Shown piece by piece: positions 1-9,339 of a DNA stretch of 64,000 nt. Within the stretch, counting starts at the first letter, position 1. Every line of letters begins with the position of its first letter. The position numbers were made by a program, and so were the translations under genes. Origin of the DNA: Candidatus Latescibacterota bacterium (lineage in GTDB: Bacteria > Latescibacterota > UBA2968); contig OZ242311.1 in assembly GCA_965207885.1 (NCBI GenBank), positions 1,824,001 to 1,888,000 of the forward strand, in the 5' to 3' direction. The notes under the pieces were generated by a model. The model saw nothing but the letters and a program-made list of their open reading frames with translations, did no database searches and was not told where the DNA came from.

Positions 1-1
1 G

Positions 2-160
2 ACAGCGGTCAAATGGATACCCCTCGTTGACCTCGACAAAGTGGAATTACTCCCACACGTCACAGATCACATACTGGCCTACGCGAACAAACAGGAAAAC
101 CACTACCCAATCTATCTCTGCGAACCCATAAACCCCGACAAAGTGCAGAAATACCTTTGA
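2..160 (+). CDS. 3' end of a gene entering the window (possibly NUDIX-like)
   Basis: Open frame TAVKWIPLVDLDKVELLPHV...KYL* ending TGA at 158-160; W-x-P-L-x-D-L resembles NUDIX C-termini, but only 52 codons are visible. Confidence 0.4.
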   Translation, partial: TAVKWIPLVDLDKVELLPHVTDHILAYANKQENHYPIYLCEPINPDKVQKYL

Positions 161-183
161 TGCACTCTATTTAATCGGAGATA

Positions 184-999
184 TTGTCAAATATGGACCC
201 ATCCATCCTTAATTACTACGGGACCTATTATAATGAAATTGACCGATTCAATGATGGCAGCGGTCACCTGGAATACATACGCTCAAAACAGATTCTGGAT
301 CGGTACTTACCCCAGGCCCCTGTCAACATCCTCGATGTCGGTGGCGGTCCAGGCGCGTACTCGTCCTGGCTCGCCGAGAAAGGACACAAAGTCCATCTAA
401 TTGATCCCGTCCCTCGACATCTCAAGGAAGCGGAAGAACGCGCAAGAAAGAACCCTCTGAAAAGCATCCAGAAAGGCGATGCGCGCAGCTTGAGATGGTC
501 AGACGAAACCGTGGACATCGTCTTGCTCATGGGGCCATTATATCACCTTACGAAGGCCGAAGATCGAAAAAAGGCACTTCACGAGGCCAGAAGAGTTCTG
601 AAACCTGGAGGGATCCTATTTGCAGCCGCAATCACGCGATTTGCATCTCTACTCGACGGCATAAGATCCGGGGCGATCCTCGACCCAGCCTTCCGAGCAA
701 TTGTGGCGCGTGACTTAAAGGACGGACAACATCGCAACCCCGACGAAAACAAAGACTACTTTACCACTGCCTACTTCCATCGCCCAGAGGAACTAACTGT
801 CGAAATCACTGAATGCGGATTCGCCCAGTGCCAGACACTTGCCGTAGAAGGTGCCGCCTGGTTGCTCGGAGATATAAAAGAACAATTGGAAGACCCTGAA
901 CGCCGCGATATACTTCTCGATGCAATACAGAAACTTGAGAAGGAGCCATCGCTACTTGGCGCTTCTCCGCACATTATGGCAGTGGCCAGGAAACCTTGA
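184..999 (+). CDS. Class I SAM-dependent methyltransferase
   Basis: ILDVGGGPG motif I, GDARSL, LMGPLYHL, RVLKPGG; ATG at 193 after GGAG is the likely start. Confidence 0.9.
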   Translation: MSNMDPSILNYYGTYYNEIDRFNDGSGHLEYIRSKQILDRYLPQAPVNILDVGGGPGAYSSWLAEKGHKVHLIDPVPRHLKEAEERARKNPLKSIQKGDARSLRWSDETVDIVLLMGPLYHLTKAEDRKKALHEARRVLKPGGILFAAAITRFASLLDGIRSGAILDPAFRAIVARDLKDGQHRNPDENKDYFTTAYFHRPEELTVEITECGFAQCQTLAVEGAAWLLGDIKEQLEDPERRDILLDAIQKLEKEPSLLGASPHIMAVARKP

Positions 1000-1069
1000 A
1001 TACTTTCCCCTGATAGATCATCGTCTTTTTAAGAAGACCATCCCTAATATCATTCAGGAATCAACAAAA

Positions 1070-2086
1070 ATGCCCTCAGACAAAAGAAGCGGCAATATGG
1101 ACCCTCGGCTTGCATTGGCTTTGTCCGAAATAGACGCCATCGTGCAAGCAACGCCCAATCTAACACTTGATGAAGACTATTTGCCCGGATTTCCAGGCGG
1201 AACGAATACAGCTCTTTTTGGCCACCTGAACGGCAAGCCCATCGTCTTTAAATATTTCCATGATAAAGAGAGAAAAAACCATGAAGAAAAAGTATTGGAA
1301 CTCTTCCAAAAAACTGGATATGTCCCACAAATTTATCCGATCAAAAACGACTCAGTCCTCATAATTGAACGATTGCCCGGACTACCGTTTTTCATGGTTG
1401 AAGAGAATATAAGCCTGGACGAATGGGAAGGTCTTTTTAATCAACTGGGACAGGTGCTCGCGAGAATTGTCAAAATTGCCCCTGGCGCTGATTTAGCAAC
1501 TTCTGGAAGACAGGATCTACCGCGTGAACCTGGTTTTGATTACAAATTCTACTGTACTGCAAACTTAGAAACATTCTTTGACACAGTCATAGAAATATCC
1601 GCTGGCGTCTTAGAAACGAGTGATTTACCACATCAGTCTCTCTTAGAAAATTCTCTCAATAATCTACGGGCAAATAGAGATGCAATTCTGGCATATCGCA
1701 GTTTTATATTCTTAGACGATTTTCATTATAGTAACATCATCGCCCAGGGTCCCTCTCTACAAGGATTTATAGATCTGGAGATGTCGCGCTACAGCAACGA
1801 AGTCCTGGTTCTGGGATCTGTTATGGCTTCCGTTATACCCAGCCAATTAGAACGCTGGTCCTGGATCAAAACGGGCTATGAAGCTATCCGCGAAAATAGA
1901 CTTGATCCCGAAACAATCTACCTATCAGAAATTGTTGCGCCATTCAACCGTTGGATTCGGTTTATGTGGTATTGGGGGTGTGACGAGGTACCAGACTGGG
2001 CCAAAGAAAAAAATCTTCGAATGTCAATCATCCAAGACATTAAGGACGTCGTGAATATCATTGAATCGTTGAGAGCTATATCCTGA
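1070..2086 (+). CDS. APH/choline-kinase-like phosphotransferase fold protein
   Basis: VFK lysine, invariant E, VP motif, DDFHYSN Brenner-like motif and IDLE; start trimmed from the 920 ORF call. Confidence 0.7.
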   Translation: MPSDKRSGNMDPRLALALSEIDAIVQATPNLTLDEDYLPGFPGGTNTALFGHLNGKPIVFKYFHDKERKNHEEKVLELFQKTGYVPQIYPIKNDSVLIIERLPGLPFFMVEENISLDEWEGLFNQLGQVLARIVKIAPGADLATSGRQDLPREPGFDYKFYCTANLETFFDTVIEISAGVLETSDLPHQSLLENSLNNLRANRDAILAYRSFIFLDDFHYSNIIAQGPSLQGFIDLEMSRYSNEVLVLGSVMASVIPSQLERWSWIKTGYEAIRENRLDPETIYLSEIVAPFNRWIRFMWYWGCDEVPDWAKEKNLRMSIIQDIKDVVNIIESLRAIS

Positions 2087-2126
2087 AAGGTCACATCACA
2101 TGAGAACAAACCAGGCTGACCAATGC
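2086..2126 (+). repeat. 41-bp direct repeat A, copy 1 (copy 2 at 4045-4085)
   Basis: aaaggtcacatcacatgagaacaaaccaggctgaccaatgc vs aaaggttacatgacatgagaacgaactcggctgaccaatgc, 5 mismatches; each begins at the stop of an APH-fold gene. Confidence 0.9.
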
Positions 2127-2129
2127 GGC

Positions 2130-2582
2130 ATGTATAGTGCCCTCTTCCTGGACCTCGGAGGGACTCTCGTTCGGATAGAAGATGATGAAATCTTCACGGA
2201 CGCCGCTGGAAACGTGGAACTCCTGCCAAATACCGTTGAAATTCTCATGCAAAGGGCACAGGACTTCGACGCGATATTTATTATCACGAATCAATCGGGT
2301 ATAGAAAAGGGAACCTTATCGGTAGAGCGCGCGAAGTCCTTTATCGACCAAGTCAACACCGCAATCGGGGACCTGATCACAGATTACTGGGTGTGCCCGC
2401 ACATCGAATCACCATATAGAAAACCAAACCCTAACATGATCAATGGCCTTGCCGACAAACACTTTGTCGATGTCAAACAATCAGTAATGGTCGGAGATAC
2501 AGAAATTGATCAGCAGTCGGCTCAAAATGCCGGTATTGGTTATTTCATCTGGGCCAGGGACTTCTTCGAAAGACAAGACTGA
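2130..2582 (+). CDS. HAD-IIIA phosphatase (GmhB/histidinol-phosphatase-like)
   Basis: LFLDLGGTL, TNQSG, CPH, RKP, GDTEID motifs. Confidence 0.85.
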   Translation: MYSALFLDLGGTLVRIEDDEIFTDAAGNVELLPNTVEILMQRAQDFDAIFIITNQSGIEKGTLSVERAKSFIDQVNTAIGDLITDYWVCPHIESPYRKPNPNMINGLADKHFVDVKQSVMVGDTEIDQQSAQNAGIGYFIWARDFFERQD

Positions 2583-2588
2583 ACACCT
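2569..2588 (+). repeat. 20-bp exact direct repeat B, copy 1 (copy 2 at 4574-4593)
   Basis: aaagacaagactgaacacct in both places; contains R-Q-D-stop codons. Confidence 0.9.
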
Positions 2589-2613
2589 AATAAAAAATGA
2601 CTGTGAGAATATC

Positions 2614-3066
2614 ATGTTAATCACTGTCCGTGCTGCACAATTGAGTGACTTGCCCCAGTTGGCTAAAATGAATAGCTGTCTCGTGGATGACCAGGGTAGC
2701 GAGAATCCGTTTTCATTGACAGAATACCAGGACCGGTTTCGCGAGTGGTTAGATACCAATATATGGACAGTAGATGTATTTCTACATGATGGACAGGTAG
2801 TAGGCTATTCTGTCTATCAAGAACGTACTGACTACTATGATCCAAACGAGGCAGTAGTTTATATCCGACAGTATTACATCGAACGCTCTCATCGTCGGCT
2901 TGGCATAGGTAAAGCGGCCTTCCAGATTCTGATAGACACGCGCTTTCCAAAGCATGTGCAATCTATAGCCCTCGATGTCATGGCAACTAATTCAGTAGGC
3001 CAGAATTTTTGGAGAAAGATGGGCTTTGACGAATATTTTATTTCGATGAAAAAAGAACTGAAATAA
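2614..3066 (+). CDS. GNAT acetyltransferase
   Basis: HRRLGIG acetyl-CoA motif, N...GQNFWRKMGF C-terminal motif. Confidence 0.9.
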   Translation: MLITVRAAQLSDLPQLAKMNSCLVDDQGSENPFSLTEYQDRFREWLDTNIWTVDVFLHDGQVVGYSVYQERTDYYDPNEAVVYIRQYYIERSHRRLGIGKAAFQILIDTRFPKHVQSIALDVMATNSVGQNFWRKMGFDEYFISMKKELK

Positions 3067-3095
3067 CTCTCAGGCCGCATAGCACGATTTGAAAT

Positions 3096-4046
3096 ATGTC
3101 CCATTCTAAACTACTGGATCGCAATCCGACATGGCACGGCTTGATAGGTGGGAAAATGCCCCCTTTCCCGGCAGCAATTGTGCAGCATGTCCTCGCTCGT
3201 TTTGAGATTGAGAACCCAGCCAGATTAAAAGCATGGCCTTTCGGTCCATTTGACATTATAGCTGCCTTTGAATATCGCAACACCCCCTATCTCTTAAAGG
3301 GTCGCCACATCGAACAAAGAGGTGTCAAGTCACTGTTTCAAACGCAGGACATACAAAAGCAACTCCTTCGACTGGGCTTCCCCGTATCAGACTTTATAGC
3401 CAATTCTTCCGGCGAAACACTGGCACAAGGTCCCGACTGGCAAGATGACGAAAACATCTTTTATGAAATTCAGACCATTCTCCCCGGCGTGCCATTTTCT
3501 CCTGATACGCACACAGCTCTCTTAGCGGGGAAATTGCTCGGACAACTCCACCTTATCGGACAGGAAATTCATTCGGATCTCCTGAGCAAGTTTTACTACA
3601 TTGATACATTTGTAGATAGATTTCCCAATCAGTTACAGATATCCCTTCAAGATGATAGAGATTTACAACGCGGAGAAAGCCAGGAGATCAAAGACTCTAT
3701 ATCGCGATTATCGGATGCTTCGACACGTTTCTCACTTACGCATCGCCTGACACACGGCGACTTCACGCCCGATAATCTCTTGATGAACCAAAACCAGCTT
3801 TTCTTGATCGATAATGATGAACTTGGATTTGGCGTTGCGGCGGTCGATATCGCGTGGGGGCTAACCTATTTGTTTGGACTGAACATCGGATTGGGACAGA
3901 TCTTTCTGAATGAGTACATAAAGCACGTTCCCGAATTTGCCGAAAACGATCTTCTGGCTGTTAAAGACTACCTCCTGGCCTTAAACATACAAGCGTACAA
4001 TGTGTCAGAATTGTTAGATATCCTGCATACATTGCTCTCTATTTAA
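3096..4046 (+). CDS. APH/type II homoserine kinase-like phosphotransferase
   Basis: LLK, LGQLH, HGDFTPDN, IDND and DIAW motifs. Confidence 0.85.
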   Translation: MSHSKLLDRNPTWHGLIGGKMPPFPAAIVQHVLARFEIENPARLKAWPFGPFDIIAAFEYRNTPYLLKGRHIEQRGVKSLFQTQDIQKQLLRLGFPVSDFIANSSGETLAQGPDWQDDENIFYEIQTILPGVPFSPDTHTALLAGKLLGQLHLIGQEIHSDLLSKFYYIDTFVDRFPNQLQISLQDDRDLQRGESQEIKDSISRLSDASTRFSLTHRLTHGDFTPDNLLMNQNQLFLIDNDELGFGVAAVDIAWGLTYLFGLNIGLGQIFLNEYIKHVPEFAENDLLAVKDYLLALNIQAYNVSELLDILHTLLSI

Positions 4047-4085
4047 AGGTTACATGACATGAGAACGAACTCGGCTGACCAATGC
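4045..4085 (+). repeat. 41-bp direct repeat A, copy 2
   Basis: See 2086-2126. Confidence 0.9.
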
Positions 4086-4101
4086 AGACTGAGGACATAT
4101 C

Positions 4102-4195
4102 ATGCCTAACTTAGACCGCATTGAAATCAATCCCAAGGTGATGATGGGAAAACCCGTGGTGAAGGGAACGCGCATTCCAGTCGAACGGATTAGAC
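4102..4195 (+). pseudogene. DUF433 antitoxin N-terminal fragment
   Basis: MPNLDRIEINPKVMMGKPVVKGTRIPVERI is a typical DUF433 start; the family pattern stops after ~30 aa. Confidence 0.75.
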
Positions 4196-4196
4196 T

Positions 4197-4568
4197 ATGG
4201 CAAAATTTGAAGAATCCAGGTGGGGCGAAACAGAATATGCCCAAGAATATCAAGATCATTCGCAACACTTTTTACCGGAACGAAATACGCATTTCGAGAT
4301 ACTTGCTTCATTCTACCAGCATTTTGTTCAGAAAAAGCGAGTACTTGATCTCGGATGTGGCGACGGAATTATAAGCGAGAGACTATTCCTTATAGATCCT
4401 CATATCCAACTGGTAGCGGTCGATGGCTCTGAAGAAATGCTTTCAGCCGCCCAAAAGAGGCTTGCCGTATATGACGTGGAAAACTTCATCAAAATGCCTT
4501 TCGAAGACATAATCGCCTGCCATTATCGATATGGGCTTTTTGGAATATATAGCGGAAGAAAGCTCTGA
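4197..4568 (+). pseudogene. Truncated class I methyltransferase
   Basis: VLDLGCGDG and VDGSEEML motifs, then the frame runs into unrelated sequence and stops at 123 aa. Confidence 0.7.
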
Positions 4569-4573
4569 CGGCA

Positions 4574-4593
4574 AAAGACAAGACTGAACACCT
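4574..4593 (+). repeat. 20-bp direct repeat B, copy 2
   Basis: See 2569-2588. Confidence 0.9.
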
Positions 4594-4594
4594 G

Positions 4595-5200
4595 ATGAGA
4601 GGAAAAACAAACATGTGGACGCCAGTTGAGACTCAATTCTACGCCAAACAGAATCCCATTGGCATAATATGCATCGGAGATTTTCAAGAAGCTCATACAA
4701 TCCGAACATTTGCCGAAAGTCTAAACCTGGCAGTCAGATTCTATAGAATCGGAACACCGGGTGATTTTCTGAAGGTCATCAGTCGTGAACCTGAATTGCC
4801 TCCCTGTATCATTATCTGCGGTCATGGGGATGAAAATGGGATTGTCTTTGGCGATTACATAGAGGGCATTGATACATCAATGCTAAAGGACGAGAGCATG
4901 CCGCCAGAGAGTATTGAAAAACATGCAAATCTGACTGATCGAATTGTTGTGAATACGTGTTGTGTAGGCGGGACAGACGCAATGGCAAGCGCATTTTTGA
5001 AGAGTAAGCCGAGATGCTACATCGGATCTCTGGATTACCAAAATGCCGCGTCAACGACCATCTTCGTGACATTATTTCTAGATCAGTTATTGAAAAAAAA
5101 TAAGCCAGTGCTGGAAGCGTGGAATCGGGCAGCCTCTTATGATGGTGAAACACGTCACTTTGCTTTTTATGATTCCAACGGACGTCGAAAAATTGAATAA
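4595..5200 (+). CDS. Hypothetical protein with caspase/CHAT-like His-Cys pattern
   Basis: CIIICGHG and IVVNTCC follow hydrophobic strands as in clan CD peptidases; alternative start at 4613. Confidence 0.5.
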   Translation: MRGKTNMWTPVETQFYAKQNPIGIICIGDFQEAHTIRTFAESLNLAVRFYRIGTPGDFLKVISREPELPPCIIICGHGDENGIVFGDYIEGIDTSMLKDESMPPESIEKHANLTDRIVVNTCCVGGTDAMASAFLKSKPRCYIGSLDYQNAASTTIFVTLFLDQLLKKNKPVLEAWNRAASYDGETRHFAFYDSNGRRKIE

Positions 5201-5244
5201 GTTTCATTGCAAACTGCGAAAATGTTATACCCTACCGAGCAATC

Positions 5245-6279
5245 ATGGACACGATACCCCGCATAATCAGAATAGAAGCCGATGATCCGTACTCTGCTGG
5301 CGTCCGACTTGGCGAGAGCCTCGGCCGTAGTTTTGGTCCCTACCTTGAAAATTACCTTGCTGCCCGAATTCTGGCAGCGAAGAACTGCGCTAAACCCTCG
5401 GAAACGCATGCTGTAACGTGGATCAGTTCTCTACCCCAGCATATAAGTGACAGATTTCGGGGCCTCTCTAAAGGGAGTGGGATACCGTTCGAGCGCATAG
5501 CACATTGGGGTTATCAGGAAATAGCACTCAGTCAGGGCTGTAGCAGCATCATCTGTCGGTCCAAAGGCAAAGTCTGGATTGGTCACAACAACGACACCTT
5601 TGTACCCGAGTTATGGGGATATATCACTATCCTGGAGATCAAGGGTCGCATCCCAACCATGTACTTCGGACTTGCGGGAGATATATGGGCGACCGCTGGA
5701 ATCAACAAGGCGAAGCTATGGCTACACGTTGACCACTTGAAGGCGACTGATAAGCCAGACAGTAGAAAAGCCGTCCTGCCGACGTATGGCTTCATTGTTG
5801 AAGCTCTGGAGACGTGTGAAACTATTGATGATGTGCGGGGGCTTCTGAACAAAATTGACAGAACAGAGGGAATGATCCTGATAGCTGCGGATGGCAAAAC
5901 AGATGAAGTAGCCATCTTCGAATGCTCATGTTCGAGATGGAGACTATCGAGAGTCAAAACGGATTGGGCTGTGAGAACAAACCACGCCATGATAGGACGA
6001 GAAAGCAGAAAAAAAGGAAAGCAACCACGCGACACATGGAGCAGATACAATCGCCTGGCGCAACTTCTCGAAAACAGCTACAACAGCGGAAGGTCCCCAA
6101 CACCGTCGGATTTGAAGACATATCTCGCCGACGACGGAGTGGAGCGAAGAGACAATGAGTTCGCAACCGCGTATTCAGTCGTCGTGTGTCCCACTGCCAG
6201 CAAGACTGAGTTCACCATGGGCGGACAACCAGCGGCCAGTTGTGGAAACTGGTCTCATATTGAGTGGCCGTGGCACTAA
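5245..6279 (+). CDS. C45 family Ntn hydrolase / acyl-CoA:6-APA acyltransferase-like
   Basis: G-CS autoprocessing site, GHNND, GIN, TNH, SRY motifs. Confidence 0.85.
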   Translation: MDTIPRIIRIEADDPYSAGVRLGESLGRSFGPYLENYLAARILAAKNCAKPSETHAVTWISSLPQHISDRFRGLSKGSGIPFERIAHWGYQEIALSQGCSSIICRSKGKVWIGHNNDTFVPELWGYITILEIKGRIPTMYFGLAGDIWATAGINKAKLWLHVDHLKATDKPDSRKAVLPTYGFIVEALETCETIDDVRGLLNKIDRTEGMILIAADGKTDEVAIFECSCSRWRLSRVKTDWAVRTNHAMIGRESRKKGKQPRDTWSRYNRLAQLLENSYNSGRSPTPSDLKTYLADDGVERRDNEFATAYSVVVCPTASKTEFTMGGQPAASCGNWSHIEWPWH

Positions 6280-6692
6280 GGAATTTCTAATATCGCGGGA
6301 AGGTCAGTCAATGAACTGATTTCGTAATCGGCCTTGATCCCCGTGTCATTTGTCAGACCGTCGCGATTTAGCCAGACCGTATGCGCTCCGGCTGCACAGG
6401 CACCTGCAACATCCTGTTCCAGGGAATCTCCGACGTGTAATAGCTGCGCCAGCGGACAGCACGCCTTTTGTGCGGTAATCTGAAAAATTCTTCGATCAGG
6501 CTTCGCTACACGCACATCCTGGGCAAGCCGATTGCGAATCGCAATCATATCCTCAACAGTAAGGTCTAAAGCGCGCTGGGTCGAAACATGCCTGCGCAAT
6601 TCCCGCAATGTATGCGTTAGCGAATGTCGCATGACCTTATAAAAGTCCCACAAGGTCATATCACCATCAAAAGAAATCGCTGAAATTTGCAA
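6276..6692 (-). pseudogene. HAD hydrolase with internal deletion
   Basis: Motif I (FDGDMTL) is joined almost directly to KPD..IF and HVGDSLEQD; motif II and most of the cap are missing (138 aa). Confidence 0.65.
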
Positions 6693-6708
6693 GATCCCCT
6701 CCTCTCAG

Positions 6709-6745
6709 TGTTCATTTTCGGACACCACTGTATCAAAATCGGACA
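6709..6745 (+). promoter_or_regulatory. Tandem enhancer-like sites TGT-N10-ACA and TGT-N11-ACA
   Basis: tgttcattttcggaca (6709-6724) and tgtatcaaaatcggaca (6729-6745), upstream of a sigma54 motif. Confidence 0.55.
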
Positions 6746-6808
6746 CTTCTTAAGACGTCCATTTCGGGCGATTTTTCGTAACCTGTTGTAATATCAATAT
6801 TTGATTCT

Positions 6809-6825
6809 TTGGCATAATTTTTGCT
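6809..6825 (+). promoter_or_regulatory. Sigma54 (-24/-12) promoter
   Basis: TTGGCATAATTTTTGCT, GG-N10-GC spacing, about 80 bp before the first permease ATG. Confidence 0.7.
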
Positions 6826-6907
6826 TAATATTTATTTAAGATGGGAACTGGTCTCATATAGCGTGTCACTAAGGGCTTTCCAATGATTTGTCAACGGAGG
6901 TCTCTCC

Positions 6908-9295
6908 ATGTGGAAAAATTATCTCACCATAATCATACGAAACATCCGCAATCACAGACTTTATTCATTGATCAACATAGTCGGTTTAGCGGTAGGCCTG
7001 ACGAGCTGTGGCCTGATCCTCCTGTGGATACAGCATGAGATAAAATACGATCAACACCATCTCAACGGAGACCGCATTTACAGGGTATTGAGACAGGTAA
7101 AAAATAAAACGACTGGAGATTCCTACTTCAGCAATGGCACCCTGGGACCTTTAGGCCCTGCTCTCAAAGCCGACTTCCCCGAAATCGAGGCGATGACCCG
7201 AATCTTTACCGGTTCTTCATGGGTCCAGTACAAAGATAAGGGATTCCGTAAGAGATTCTGGGTTGCTGATAGTAGTTTTTGGGATGTGTTCACATTTCCT
7301 TTGCTCAAGGGCGATCGCCAAGCTCTACTGAAACATCCTAATTCTGTGGTCGTTACGGAAACCACTGCACGAAAGTATTTTGGTAGCGAGGATCCCATCG
7401 GCAAAGTGATTACTGTAGAAGATCGTTATACAGGGGGAGATTATGAGATAGTGGGCATCTTGAAAGATTTGCCGAGTCAATCAACACTCCGATTTGCCTT
7501 TTTGACGTTTACAGTTTCTTCTTCTCCATTTATGCAACATGTTTGGGAAGTATGGCGCAAATCTTCCTATCGTCCTATCAAAACTTACCTCTTGCTTTCA
7601 GAAGGCACTTCCCATGCTGATTTAGAGCATAAATTGCCGGACTTTACCACCCGCTATTTTGATCCCGAAACGCGTGCGAACACAACGTATCACCTGCAAC
7701 CTTTTCGCCGGATCTATCTCTACTCACATTCAGACTACGGTATAGCAGGTGGTGGAGACATTACTTATGTCTATTTATTTTCTGCTATCGGTACTCTGAT
7801 TCTCTTGATCGCTTGTGCGAACTTTATGAATTTGGCAACAGCGCGTTCAGCCAAAAGAGCACGAGAAGTGGGCATTCGCAAGACTGTCGGCGCACACAAA
7901 CTTCAATTAATCAACCAATTTTTCAGTGAATCGCTATTCATATCACTCCTGTCTTTGCTCTTTTCCATTTCATTGATTGAGCTTGTCCTGCCAGCATTTG
8001 AACAATTTGTGGGCATAGACTTGCGTTTTGGCGTCTCTGATATCCTTATTCTAATCGTCCTTACCGTGCTGATGGGATTACTCGCAGGCAGCTATCCCGC
8101 TTTCTTTTTGTCGAGTTTTCAACCCATACAGGTATTAGGTGGCAAGCACTCAAACGCCTTAAAAGGTATTCGCATGCGAGAAGTCCTGATCGTCTTTCAG
8201 TTCTGTGTGTCTATCGCCCTCATAATTTGTACTGGCGTGGTCTATCAGCAACTGAATTATATCAAAAACAAAAAACTTGGCTTCAACAAAGACATGGTGG
8301 TCATGATGCCGCTATTTGCAAGAGATCGCTCCCTCACAAATAAGTATGAATTGATCAAGCAGGAATTTCTTAAACATCCCAATATTCACCGTGCAACCGC
8401 ATCTCACACCAGCCTCGGATATGGTGGAGGCCGAGAGCTTGTCATTCCGGAGGGAATCGAGGGCGAAGAGGTCAGAATGAGATTTCTGGCGGTAGATGAA
8501 GACTTTTTGGACACATTCGAAATCGATGTGATAGCCGGAAGAAATCTAAATAAGGATATTGCAAGCGACTCGACCAACGCGTTTATTCTCAATGAGACGG
8601 CTGTTAAAAGACTCGGATGGGAAAATCCTGTTGGAAAGCAATTTACCTGGCCTCTTAGGCCTCGTCATGGCACAGTAATTGGGGTCGTACGCGATTTTCA
8701 CCTGCGGTCTCTCCACGAAGAAATAGAGCCAATTTTTATATGCAAATGGCAGGATAAATGGAATTGGCTATCGGTCAAAATTGGACCGGATAACGTCTCA
8801 TCAACGATAGATTTCATGGAAGCAAAATGGAAGCAATTCATCCCAAACCGGCCTTTTGAAAGCTGGTTTCTAAGCGAAAGTCTTGAAGTATCTTATCTAA
8901 AGGAGATCAAGATCTTTAGTGTCCTCGAAATCTTCACACTACTCGCTTCTTTTGTCGCGTGTATGGGACTATTTGGCCTTGCAAATTTCAGTGTTGAACA
9001 AAGAATCAAAGAAATTGGAATCCGCAAAGTGCTGGGCGCAAATCTCGTAGATATTTTCACATTGCTTTCAAAAGAGTTTCTGAAGTTAATCGCGATCGCT
9101 TATGTATTGGCACTTCCCCTCGCTTATTATGCCGGGGAGCAATGGCTACAAAATTTTGCATACCGAATAAATCAGAGCGTGGTTGTTTTTATTATAGGAG
9201 CAGTCTCGGGCATCATTGTCACCCTATTAATCGTGGGCTATCAAGTTGGCAAAGCCTGGGCTGAAGACCCGGTTAAAATGCTCCGCCAGGAGTAA
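6908..9295 (+). CDS. MacB/FtsX-type ABC permease (two-repeat, ~800 aa)
   Basis: MWKNYL start, NFMNLATARS..RAREVGIRK, LGFNKD, VIGVVRDFH, KEIGIRKVLGA, C-terminal LRQE. Confidence 0.95.
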   Translation: MWKNYLTIIIRNIRNHRLYSLINIVGLAVGLTSCGLILLWIQHEIKYDQHHLNGDRIYRVLRQVKNKTTGDSYFSNGTLGPLGPALKADFPEIEAMTRIFTGSSWVQYKDKGFRKRFWVADSSFWDVFTFPLLKGDRQALLKHPNSVVVTETTARKYFGSEDPIGKVITVEDRYTGGDYEIVGILKDLPSQSTLRFAFLTFTVSSSPFMQHVWEVWRKSSYRPIKTYLLLSEGTSHADLEHKLPDFTTRYFDPETRANTTYHLQPFRRIYLYSHSDYGIAGGGDITYVYLFSAIGTLILLIACANFMNLATARSAKRAREVGIRKTVGAHKLQLINQFFSESLFISLLSLLFSISLIELVLPAFEQFVGIDLRFGVSDILILIVLTVLMGLLAGSYPAFFLSSFQPIQVLGGKHSNALKGIRMREVLIVFQFCVSIALIICTGVVYQQLNYIKNKKLGFNKDMVVMMPLFARDRSLTNKYELIKQEFLKHPNIHRATASHTSLGYGGGRELVIPEGIEGEEVRMRFLAVDEDFLDTFEIDVIAGRNLNKDIASDSTNAFILNETAVKRLGWENPVGKQFTWPLRPRHGTVIGVVRDFHLRSLHEEIEPIFICKWQDKWNWLSVKIGPDNVSSTIDFMEAKWKQFIPNRPFESWFLSESLEVSYLKEIKIFSVLEIFTLLASFVACMGLFGLANFSVEQRIKEIGIRKVLGANLVDIFTLLSKEFLKLIAIAYVLALPLAYYAGEQWLQNFAYRINQSVVVFIIGAVSGIIVTLLIVGYQVGKAWAEDPVKMLRQE

Positions 9296-9339
9296 AGGAC
9301 GACCCATCTGATGCAGGTTTAATCGTTATATAAAGAAAG

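Noticed and set aside
178-192. gagatattgtcaaat matches the reconstructed IS256 end; a 14-bp match also occurs in IS3 orfA near 56207-56220
   Set aside because: Short matches explained by an RBS/spacer and by E-I-L-S-K codons; no other IS sequence nearby.
2086-4593. Repeats A and B as integron attC sites
   Set aside because: No RYYYAAC/GTTRRRY cores and no long imperfect hairpin.
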